Made by a program: the position numbers and the translations under genes
Shown here: one piece after another, positions 50,409 through 59,600 of the stretch
Numbering within the stretch: position 1 is the stretch's first letter
Layout: every line of letters begins with the position of its first letter
The notes under the pieces: generated by a model
Seen by the model: the letters and a program-made list of their open reading frames with translations, nothing else
What the model was told of the DNA's origin: nothing
The model's database searches: none
From: an uncultured Acidobacteriota bacterium
Lineage (GTDB): Bacteria; Acidobacteriota; Vicinamibacteria; Vicinamibacterales; 2-12-FULL-66-21
Direction of reading: 5' to 3'
Length of the DNA stretch: 64,000 nucleotides
Assembly: GCA_963820905.1 (NCBI GenBank)
Contig: CAWGBU010000008.1
Coordinates: 467,543 to 531,542, forward strand

Positions 50409-50989
50409 GGAGAGTGCTTCACGGCGCGCTCGCCACGCTCATCCTGTCAACCGCCGGCTGCCAGATCACGCTCAAGCGGCCAGATGTGGTCCCCGGCCGG
50501 ATGATCGAGCCAGAGCTGGTGGAACCGGCGGCGCGACCCGGGCGCACTGCTGACGCCATCGCGGTGCGGCTGGTGGAGACGCAGACGCGGGGACATATCG
50601 GCCGGCGCGTACTGCACCGGGAGCCGGGGGGCGAACTCACCCAGGATCCAGTGTGGCAGTGGTCCTCCGCCCCTGACCGGTACCTGGACACGGCGCTGCG
50701 CGTCGAACTGGCGGCGAATGCCGGCGTGCGTCTCGTGGACTCGGCGAACGCCTCGACGGTTGCCGTGACGCTGCTGGCGTGGCACCTCGAATCAGCGGGC
50801 GCCGGGAATCAGCTCATCGGTGCGGTCGAGGTGCAGGTGACATCGCCCGATCATTCGGTTCGCACGGACGTCGTCCGCGCGGCGGAGCCAGTCTCGGCAC
50901 CACCGCCCGGCGACCTCGCAGCGGCTGCCGGTCGGCTGCTGCAACGCCTCGCCGGCGAAACGCTCGCTCGCGTGTCGCGCAGTCGTTGA
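50405..50989 (+). CDS. ABC-transport auxiliary lipoprotein (PqiC/YmbA-like)
   Basis: The lipobox is 'LILSTAGC'. The start overlaps the MlaD-like stop as ATGA. It is about 190 aa and is the last gene of the operon. Confidence 0.6.
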   Translation: MRRVLHGALATLILSTAGCQITLKRPDVVPGRMIEPELVEPAARPGRTADAIAVRLVETQTRGHIGRRVLHREPGGELTQDPVWQWSSAPDRYLDTALRVELAANAGVRLVDSANASTVAVTLLAWHLESAGAGNQLIGAVEVQVTSPDHSVRTDVVRAAEPVSAPPPGDLAAAAGRLLQRLAGETLARVSRSR

Positions 50990-51132
50990 CCCGCGGATTG
51001 TGGCTCCAGTCCAGCCATGGTCCGGCGCGCGGCACGGACCCCGAAGGCGCCCTTCGCCTAGGCTGCCTGACCGCGGCGCTCGCGCCAGCCGCAGACGTGA
51101 TTGTAAAACCGGGTAGAGCGGGACCTTGCGCG

Positions 51133-52857
51133 TTACCGCGACATGCCGAGGATCACGTGGCCGTTCACGCTGTCGAATACCGTCAGCGCTTCGCGGTGCT
51201 TCGTCCGCGCTTCGCGCAGTAGTTTCGCGAATTCCGGCAGATCGCGGATCGGATCGAGCCACGGATCCTTTGCCAGAACCGGATAGCAGCAGAACCCGCC
51301 GCGGACGACCCGACGAAACAGCTGCACCGCCGCGTCCTTGTCATTGAGGTGTGCCAGGTGGCGCGCCAGGTAGAACAATCCTTCCGGATCGCGGAAGTCG
51401 GTAGCGGCGATGCGATGAATCGCGGCGAGGCTATCGGCGACGCGGCCCTCCAGCAGGGTCCGCGCCGCAATCATGATGTCGCGCGCGCGCGCTGGCGTTC
51501 TGTGTTCGCGCGCGGCCAGCGCGGCAACCGCTTCCGCCGTCCTTCCCGTCGACGCGAATGCCATCGCGCCGATGTAGAAGGATTCGTCGATCGGTCTCGT
51601 GGCCACACGATCGTAATCGCCCATGTGGAACCATGTGTGCGGAATGCTCGTGCGGACCCGCGGCTCTAGGCTGCGTGCCCTGGCGTCGGCGGCAACTGAC
51701 GCTTCGAGCAGCCCGCAGTACCGACACGCGCTCACCAGGCCGGCAAAGAGCTCGGCGTCGGCACTCGTCGCGCGCTCGAGGAGCCGCATCATCGCAGCGG
51801 ACGCGCGCCCGAGATCGACTTCGAGCTGCGCGTAGAGCTTGTGCGCAACCGACAGATCGGGGTTGAGCTCGAGCGCGCGGCGGAACGCCTGTTCCGAACG
51901 ATCCATGTTGTCGCCCGCGTGCGTGTCGGCGTATTTCCCCATCACGTGATACATGCGTCCGAGCCGCGCCCAGGCCGGCGCGTACCGCGGGTCCTCGGCC
52001 ACTGCTCTCAGATAAAGGTCGCGCGCTGTGGTCCATCGCTCGCGATCGTGACTGAGTTGGTTCCCGCGAAGGTAGTAGTCGTACGCGCGCTCGCTCGACG
52101 GGACGTCGCGCGCCAGCAGGCCTCGATCCGACGCGGTCAAGGGAATTGCGAGCGACTCGACAATGCGATGCGTCAATTCGTCCTGCACCTGGAACAGCTC
52201 GCCAAGGCGCACCTGCGATGTCTGAGACCAGAGGAGCGTGCCGACGGGGACGGCGGTCAGCTGTGTGCTGACGCGCAGTTGGTCGCCTGCGCGGACGAGC
52301 GACCCGGTGAGGACGGCGTCCACGTCTGCCTCTTCAGCCAGCCGTTTCGGCTCCGGCATGTCGGCGCCGAAGCGTGACGCTGCAACGCTCGATCGTACGA
52401 CGAGCGACTGCAGGCCCGACAGTGATGCCGTGATCGCGTCGGGCAGGCTGAACGCAAGGAAATCGGTGTCGGCATCGGGGCGCAGCATTCGGAATGGCAG
52501 CACGATCAGCCGCGTCACGCGGGCCGGCGCGGCCGCCGCGCCGGTCTCCACGGGCGGAAGAAACCGATAGCCCCTGCGCCTCAAGGTCTCGATGTACTGG
52601 GGCGCGTGCGCGTCATCGTTCAGCGCCTCGCGAATTTGCCGGATGCAGAAATTGAGCGCCTGATCGAAGTCGACGAATGTGTCGCCGCCCCAGATGTCCC
52701 GACGTATCTCGTCGCGCGTGACCACATCGCCGGTGCGCGTGGCGAGCGACAGGAGCACCTTGAACGGCTGAGGTGGCAGCGGAATGATCTCGCCGTCCTT
52801 TCGAAGTTCGCCTTTCTTCGGATCGAGCTCGAAACGTCCGAAGCGCACGGTGCTCAT
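51133..52857 (-). CDS. winged-helix (OmpR/CadC-type) DNA-binding protein with C-terminal TPR repeats
   Basis: 'RFGRFELDPKKGELRKDGEIIPLPPQPFKVLLSLA...IETLRRRGYRF' is the DNA-binding domain, followed by a TPR-like helical region. It is a paralogue type of 25071..26423. Confidence 0.8.
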   Translation of the reverse strand: MSTVRFGRFELDPKKGELRKDGEIIPLPPQPFKVLLSLATRTGDVVTRDEIRRDIWGGDTFVDFDQALNFCIRQIREALNDDAHAPQYIETLRRRGYRFLPPVETGAAAAPARVTRLIVLPFRMLRPDADTDFLAFSLPDAITASLSGLQSLVVRSSVAASRFGADMPEPKRLAEEADVDAVLTGSLVRAGDQLRVSTQLTAVPVGTLLWSQTSQVRLGELFQVQDELTHRIVESLAIPLTASDRGLLARDVPSSERAYDYYLRGNQLSHDRERWTTARDLYLRAVAEDPRYAPAWARLGRMYHVMGKYADTHAGDNMDRSEQAFRRALELNPDLSVAHKLYAQLEVDLGRASAAMMRLLERATSADAELFAGLVSACRYCGLLEASVAADARARSLEPRVRTSIPHTWFHMGDYDRVATRPIDESFYIGAMAFASTGRTAEAVAALAAREHRTPARARDIMIAARTLLEGRVADSLAAIHRIAATDFRDPEGLFYLARHLAHLNDKDAAVQLFRRVVRGGFCCYPVLAKDPWLDPIRDLPEFAKLLREARTKHREALTVFDSVNGHVILGMSR

Positions 52858-53003
52858 GGGTTCCTCGGGCGCATTGTAGGGCCCCGCTCATCGCGATCTC
52901 ATCCAGATCTCAGGCTCGGCGCATGGACCGAGACGTCAGCCTGAAATATACAAACGCAGAAGGCAGACAACGAGAACGACGCGTTCGGCGAAGGAGACAG
53001 GCG

Positions 53004-53453
53004 ATGAGATTTCTCATGAATGGCTATGCCGCGTGTTGCGTGGTGGCGCTCGCTGGCGGTCTGTGGTGCGGGCACGTGCACGCCCAGGCGCCGGCGACAC
53101 CCCAGGAGTATCGGACGACAGCGGACCAACAGACGGTGATCAAAAGCGACCTCGTCAGTGTGCCCGGGAAGGAAGGCACCGTCCTCCGGATAGATCTTCC
53201 AGCAGGCTGGGTAGGCGGCTGGCACTATCACACCGGCGACGTGTTCGTGTACGTAGTATCGGGCGAGTTCGTCGTGGATGTGGAAGGCCAGGGTCGAAAG
53301 GTATTTCGCCCGGGCGACGTGTATCACGAAGCCGTGAATACGACTATGCAGGCGCGGAATCCAAGCACCACGGCGCGGACGTCGCTAATCGCTTTCCAGG
53401 TCGGCGGGAAGGGCGAACCGCTGATGCTCGTCGCGAAGGCTCCACGTCGCTGA
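53004..53453 (+). CDS. secreted cupin-domain protein
   Basis: The ATG at 53004 gives a signal peptide ('...WCGHVHAQA'). 'GGWHYHTGDVFVYVVSGEFVV...GDVYHE' is the cupin motif pair. Confidence 0.7.
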   Translation: MRFLMNGYAACCVVALAGGLWCGHVHAQAPATPQEYRTTADQQTVIKSDLVSVPGKEGTVLRIDLPAGWVGGWHYHTGDVFVYVVSGEFVVDVEGQGRKVFRPGDVYHEAVNTTMQARNPSTTARTSLIAFQVGGKGEPLMLVAKAPRR

Positions 53454-53455
53454 AG

Positions 53456-54595
53456 TCATGCGAGCGCCTTCCAGCGCAGGCGGATGAGGCATGCGGCAAT
53501 CAGGACGGCACCAACGCTGGACGCAGACCACTCCACGAGTGTGATGTACAGCGTGCGCCGCAGCAGGTCGAAAATCATGAAACTCGTGAGAAGGAAGCTC
53601 GTCAGCGCGACCATGCGCCAGCCCGTCGACAAATCGCGCCAGCGATCGACGAGACACATGTACCCGGGCAGCCCGAGCAGGAGCACGTAGTCCCATCCTT
53701 GCGGCGACAGAAGGGGAATCAGAACACAGAAGTACGCCGCCTCCAGATAGTTCGGCTCGGCCACCTGCCGGCGCCTCAACATGAGGAGGCCGCCCGCCGC
53801 GACAGCGGTCACCGCAGAACCGAGCGCCAGGGCCCGGGCCAGAGGGCCCGGCCCCAGCCACTTCGCCCACATCGAGGCGAACGAGATGTTGTCGTGGCCG
53901 AGAAGATTGGGTGCCGTGGTGTCGGTGACGGTGCGATACCACTCGCGCAGCAGCGTCAGGTTGCCATCCCACCCGTAGGTGGCGGCCGGCAGGATGAGGC
54001 CGGCCGCCGAGACCAGCGTGAACATGGCGAACGGACGCCATCCAAACGTTCGGGCCAGCCACGGCGCCAGCACGAGGGCATACGGCTTGACGAACACGCC
54101 GACCGCGATGGCGGCTCCGGCGGTGAGCCCCCGGCCGCGCTGCGCGGCGATCACGGCGCCAAGCAGCAGCAACCCGACCGGCAGATTGAATTGTCCGAAC
54201 GCCAGCTCCTTGACGAAGAACTTGCCGGTGAGGAGCACCGTGAGCCACACGAGCACCCGCGATGACAGTCGCCGATCGGGCAGGGCGAACACCGACAACT
54301 GCACGAACGCGTAGGCCATGGCGGCCGTCAGCGCGAACCAGGCGACCTCTGCGACTTCCTTGGGAGCCCATGTAAAGGGCACCATGAGCAGCGCGAACGC
54401 CGGCAGGTACTTGTACTGGTAATGACCATCATCCGGCCTGTACAGCGGCTCGTGGGCAAGGTAGCGCACAGCCGCGGTGTACGGCACGGCGAAGTCGACA
54501 AGCTCCGCGCGCTTGAGGCGTACGACGCCGTAAGCGCCGGCGACGACGAGCACGATCGCCACCGCACGCAGGAACAACCGGAGCCGGGGCTGCAT
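53456..54595 (-). CDS. polytopic membrane glycosyltransferase, GT87/DUF2029-like
   Basis: ATG at 54595. About 10 TM helices. 'YRPDDGHYQYKYLPAFALLMVPF' resembles the DUF2029 signature loop. Confidence 0.6.
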   Translation of the reverse strand: MQPRLRLFLRAVAIVLVVAGAYGVVRLKRAELVDFAVPYTAAVRYLAHEPLYRPDDGHYQYKYLPAFALLMVPFTWAPKEVAEVAWFALTAAMAYAFVQLSVFALPDRRLSSRVLVWLTVLLTGKFFVKELAFGQFNLPVGLLLLGAVIAAQRGRGLTAGAAIAVGVFVKPYALVLAPWLARTFGWRPFAMFTLVSAAGLILPAATYGWDGNLTLLREWYRTVTDTTAPNLLGHDNISFASMWAKWLGPGPLARALALGSAVTAVAAGGLLMLRRRQVAEPNYLEAAYFCVLIPLLSPQGWDYVLLLGLPGYMCLVDRWRDLSTGWRMVALTSFLLTSFMIFDLLRRTLYITLVEWSASSVGAVLIAACLIRLRWKALA

Positions 54596-54680
54596 CGCAG
54601 ACAATGTATCCCACTCGTCCTGCGTTCCGGCCAGTTGCTGATTCGTCACGTACTCGGCAGAATGGTGCGCGAGCGCCACT

Positions 54681-55940
54681 GTGACACCAAACCTCATGCG
54701 AGCCATCGACTTCTGGGTCGGGATCCCGCTGACGTTTTGCTTCACCGTGGTTAGCCAGATCCAGCGCTTCCTGGGGCTCGCTGCTTCGCCTGCCGGCGCA
54801 CCGCGAAACATCCTGTTCATTCAGCTCGCCGAAATGGGGACGATGGTCGTCGCCTACCCCGCGCTCAGGAAAGCCCGCGAGCTCTTTCCGGATGCCACGC
54901 TCCACTTCCTGTGCTTCACCGAGATTCGGCCGAGCGTGGAGATGCTCGAGATCATTCCTTCGGAGAACATCCTCGTCATCGACGCGCACTCGGTCCTGTC
55001 ACTGGTGCGGGATTCGCTTCTCTTTCCGGGGCGAGCCCGCCGGCGCCGGATCGACACCGTCATCAACACGGAGGCATTCGTCAGGTACAGCAGCGTGTTG
55101 AGCTATCTGTCCGGCGCGCGCCGGCGAGTCGGCTTCCACCGGTTCAACCAGGAGGGCATGTACACCGGCGATTTGGTCACACATAAAGTGATCTACAACG
55201 CGCAAATCCACGCCGCGCATACCTTTCTCGATCTCGTCCACGCACTCGAAGCCCCGCCCGACCAGGTGCCGCGCGTCAAACGGCCCAAGGCGATGGACCG
55301 CCTCGACGTTCCGAAGGTCGTGACCGACGAAGGGGCGGCTGCCGCGATCTGGCAAAAGCTTCGCGCCATCGCGCCCGACGTCGGCCCCAGCCGGAAGCTC
55401 GTGGTGATCAATCCGAATGCGAGCGAAAAGTTCCCGATGCGCCGCCTGCCGCTTGAATCGTTCACCGAGCTCGCCCGCCAGCTGCTCGAGGATCCCGAGG
55501 TCTTCCTGCTGATCACGGGCGTTGCGAGCGAGAAGCCCGACGCGCAGTACATCTGCTCGCAGGTCGGATCGCCGCGTGCGCTGGACCTCACCGGCCGAAC
55601 GACGATGAAAGAGCTCCTGCACCTGTTCGATCTGGCGCACGTGCTGGTCACGAACGACTCCGGGCCAGCACACTTCGCGGCGTTGACACGGATCCACGTC
55701 GTCGTCTTCTTCGGGCCCGAGATCCCCGAGCGCTACCGGCCGCTGGCGACGAGTTCGGACGTCGTCCACACCGGATACTCATGCAGTCCTTGCATCGGTC
55801 CGTACAATCAGCGGCTGTCTCCCTGCAACGACAACCTGTGCCTGAAAAGCATCAATGTCCGTGAGATTGCCGCGCTCGTTCGATCGCGCCTCGAAGCGGC
55901 TCGGTCTGCGACAACGGCTTGTCCTCCAAACGTGTCATGA
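54681..55940 (+). CDS. glycosyltransferase family 9 (heptosyltransferase-like)
   Basis: 'LVVINPNASEKFPMRRLPLESFTELARQL' and 'LDLTGRTTMKELLHLFDLAHVLVTNDSGPAHFAA' are typical GT9 blocks. Starts are possible at GTG 54681 or ATG 54696. Confidence 0.8.
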   Translation: MTPNLMRAIDFWVGIPLTFCFTVVSQIQRFLGLAASPAGAPRNILFIQLAEMGTMVVAYPALRKARELFPDATLHFLCFTEIRPSVEMLEIIPSENILVIDAHSVLSLVRDSLLFPGRARRRRIDTVINTEAFVRYSSVLSYLSGARRRVGFHRFNQEGMYTGDLVTHKVIYNAQIHAAHTFLDLVHALEAPPDQVPRVKRPKAMDRLDVPKVVTDEGAAAAIWQKLRAIAPDVGPSRKLVVINPNASEKFPMRRLPLESFTELARQLLEDPEVFLLITGVASEKPDAQYICSQVGSPRALDLTGRTTMKELLHLFDLAHVLVTNDSGPAHFAALTRIHVVVFFGPEIPERYRPLATSSDVVHTGYSCSPCIGPYNQRLSPCNDNLCLKSINVREIAALVRSRLEAARSATTACPPNVS

Positions 55941-55997
55941 GGCGGGCGTCGAATTGAGGGGAACGGGCACGATGCGTGCACACCAGATTGATCGAGA

Positions 55998-56426
55998 ATG
56001 GTCTCGCAACTCCTGATCGGATGGGGCCTGATGGCCCTCTGTGTGGTGATCCACGCCGTCGGCGTGATCTCCGCAGTACGGTGGCTGCGCAATCCACTTT
56101 CCACGGCCAACCAATTCTGGCGGCGCACATGGTTGTTCACTCGCCTGGCGGGCTGGATTATTCTCTTCCACCTGGCCGAAATCACGACCTGGGCGGTGGT
56201 TTACGTGCTATCGGACGCCATCGACGACTTGGCGTCCGCCCTGTATTTCAGCGCCGTGACCTACACGACGACCGGCTACGGCGACATCGTGCTGCCGCAA
56301 GACTGGCGACTGGTTGGGGCTATCGAGGCGCTCACGGGGATCCTGATGTGCGGGTGGTCGACCGGGTTCTTCTTCGCAGTTGTGACCCGCATGTTTCGGG
56401 CGGAAGTCAACCCGCTTGATTCGTGA
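55998..56426 (+). CDS. minimal two-TM potassium channel (Ion_trans_2)
   Basis: 142 aa. The selectivity filter 'TYTTTGYGD' lies between two hydrophobic helices. Confidence 0.8.
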   Translation: MVSQLLIGWGLMALCVVIHAVGVISAVRWLRNPLSTANQFWRRTWLFTRLAGWIILFHLAEITTWAVVYVLSDAIDDLASALYFSAVTYTTTGYGDIVLPQDWRLVGAIEALTGILMCGWSTGFFFAVVTRMFRAEVNPLDS

Positions 56427-56646
56427 CCGTCTGCCGGTCCGGCGACATCTCGTAAGCTTGCCGACGTTTTAAGGTCCAGCTCATCCGGGCCTGCAACATG
56501 GCGATGTTGCCGGGGGTCGCCCTGGTTACTCGCGGCTCAAAAGTATCGCGACTCGAGGCGGGGGTAGGTGATTTCATTGAAGTCTCTGGCGCTCGCCCTA
56601 GCGTTGTACTTACCTTGTGCGTTCCGCGATAAGAACGCGAGATGAG

Positions 56647-59600
56647 ATGAACCGCACAGCCGCGTTCACTCTCGTCGCGTTCTTGCTGGCGTTCGGACAC
56701 GCGTCGGCAGATACGATCGTCGTGAGGAACACGAACAACGCCGGCCAGGGCTCACTGCGGCAGGCCATCCTCGACGCCAACGATCGTGGGGGCGCCGACA
56801 TCATCACATTCGACATTCCGGGGCCTGGTCCCCACGTCATCACCATCGCGTCCGCCCTTCCGCCCTTTGACGCCCGAGGTGGCGTCACGGTTGATGGAAC
56901 GACGCAACCGGGCTACGCACTCCGGCCGCTCATCGGAACCGGCGGCACGGTGGGCGTCGATCAGCTGGCCTTGCCCCGACTCAGGTCGCCGATCGTCCAG
57001 GTCTTCGGCAACGGTCTCGTCGGGACCGGCCTGGTGTTCACTGCCAACGACTCGACGCTTCGCGGGTTGCACGTCTGGGGCTTCACCGCGGTCAACGTGA
57101 CTTTCAACAGCAACAACGATGCGGAGGTGTTGGAGAACCTGATTGGCGCAAACCCGGAATTCGGCGATCCCGGACCAGGGCTGAGAGCCGGAACCAACCT
57201 GTTGCTCGAGCGCGGGAACGAGCCGAGCGTGAGGAACAATCTCGTCGGATATGCCAGTGGGCCCGAAAACGTGCTGGTGACCGATCACGGGGGGCAACTC
57301 CTGGTCGAAGGCAACGAGCTGGTGGGCTCGCTGAGACTCAGCACCGAAACTCTTCTCGGGACGCGTGACCAGGAGCCCAACCGCTTCATTTCGGGCAACC
57401 TGATCAGGAACTCGGTCAGCTACGGTCTCGACCTCCTTGGCCAGACGAAATTCACCGTCAACAACAACACGGTGCGCAACAACGGCACTGGAGGGGCGAA
57501 TCCCGCGGGTATCCGCCTGACCAACTCGGCGAACGATACGTCGAGGACCAATGTTCTCGTCCGGAACATCGTCACCGGCAACCAGGGGCCGGGCATTCTC
57601 GTTACCGGCAATCCCGTCGACTCGAATCGAGGCAATACCATCACGCTGAACTCGATCTTCCAGAATGGTGGCATCGGGATCGATCTGGGAGGACAAACGT
57701 CGAATCCGCTCACGGGCGACGGGATGACCTTGAACGATCCCGAGGACGCGGACGACGGTGGCAACGCCCTGGACAATTTCCCGGTGATAGAGAGCGCGAC
57801 GATCAGCGGCAACTCGCTCATCGTGTCCGGGTGGGCCCGCAACCGGGCGATGATGGAATTCTTCGCGGATCCCCCTGGGAGCCAGGGGCGCACGTTCATC
57901 GGCAGTGCCGGTGAAGGCACCCCGCAGGACAGCGACTTCTGGATTCGGCGCGTACGGGCCAGGTCCCATCAACGGCATCAGCCAGGGCGCCGACCTTACC
58001 GAGCGATTTCGCTTCACCATCCCGCTGCCTCCAGGATTGCCGGCCGGGAGCGTGGTGGTCGCCACGGCGACCGATCGTAGCGGCGCCGCGAACACGTCGG
58101 AGTTCGGCGGAGCCGCGCCGATCACGTTCGCAGCCGATGTGCAGATCACGAAGACGGGCCCGGCGAGCGTGACGCCGGGAACGACCATCTCCTACACATT
58201 GGTCGTGACGAACGCCGGGCCAAGCGAAGCCACCGGGGTCACCGTGGCCGACGTGACGCCGCCGGGCCTCACGTTCGTGAGCAACACCGGCGCGTGCACG
58301 ACGCCGTTTCCGTGCGCCCTGGGGACGCTGCAGGCCGGCCAGAGCGTCGCGATCGTCGCGACATTCGCGGTGCCGGCCGGCTATACCACGCCGAGTCCGA
58401 TCGTGAACACCGCGACAGTGAGCAGCGCAGGCGATCGATCCGAACCTGTCGAACAACACCGCGACGACCAGCACGCTGGTTGGCTCCGCCGAGGGCCGAT
58501 CTCGCGATCACGAAAGGCCGGCCGTGCGGCGCAGCCTGGGCGCCAACCTCGACCTACACGATCGTCGTCACGAACCACGGCCCGAGCGATGCCCCGAACG
58601 CGACGGTCGCGGATCCGACGCCGGCGGGGTTGACGTTCGTCAGCAATGCCGGCGCGCTGCACGACGGCGTTCCCCTGCGCCCTCGGGCCGATTCCCGCCG
58701 GTCAGAGCCGCGATGATCAGTCGCGACGTTCCTGGTGCCGTCGAGCTACACGGGACCGGATCCGATCGTGAACACGGCAACGGTGAGCAGCACGGCGACC
58801 GATCCCGATCTCGCCAACAATTCGGCGACGGCCACGACGGCGGTCGGGCCGTTGTTCACCGTCAACGTCGAGATCTCGAAGGCGGGCCCGGCGAACGTGA
58901 CGCCCGGGCACAATCTCGTCTATGCGATTGCGGTCAGCAACACCGGCACGCTCGACGCGACCGATGTGACGGTGACGGACCCGACACCGGACGGGTTGAC
59001 GTTCGTCGGCAATGCCGGCGACTGCACCACCCCATTTCCCTGTGCGCTGGGCACCGTCCCGGCGGGCCAGAGCCGCCAGATCACCACCACCTTTGCGGTG
59101 CCGTCCGGCTATGCCGGCGCCAATCCCATCTCGAACACGTCGATCGTCACGACCACGGTGGCCGATCAGGATATGACCGACAACCAGGCCACCGTCACGA
59201 CGCCGGTCAACTCCATCGCCAACCTGGCCATCACGAAGCAGGGTCCCGCGAGCGTGACGGCGGGCGCGAACGTGAGCTACGCGATCCTCGTGCGTAACCA
59301 CGGGCCGAGCGACGCATCTGGTGTCACGGTGACGGACCCGACGCCGGCCGGCCTGACGTTCGTGGGCAACACCGGCGATTGCACGACGGCGTTTCCCTGC
59401 GCGCTCGGCACCGTGCCCGCCGGACAGACGCGGACGATCGTCTCGACGTTCCTGGTCCCGACCACGTACGGGGCGGCCTCGATCGTCAATACCGCGAGCG
59501 TGACGGCGACCGTGGCGGATGGGGACAGCTCCGACAACAGCGCAAGCGTGACGACCGCCGTCACTCCGCCGTCCGCGGACCTGTCGATCGCGAAGACGGG

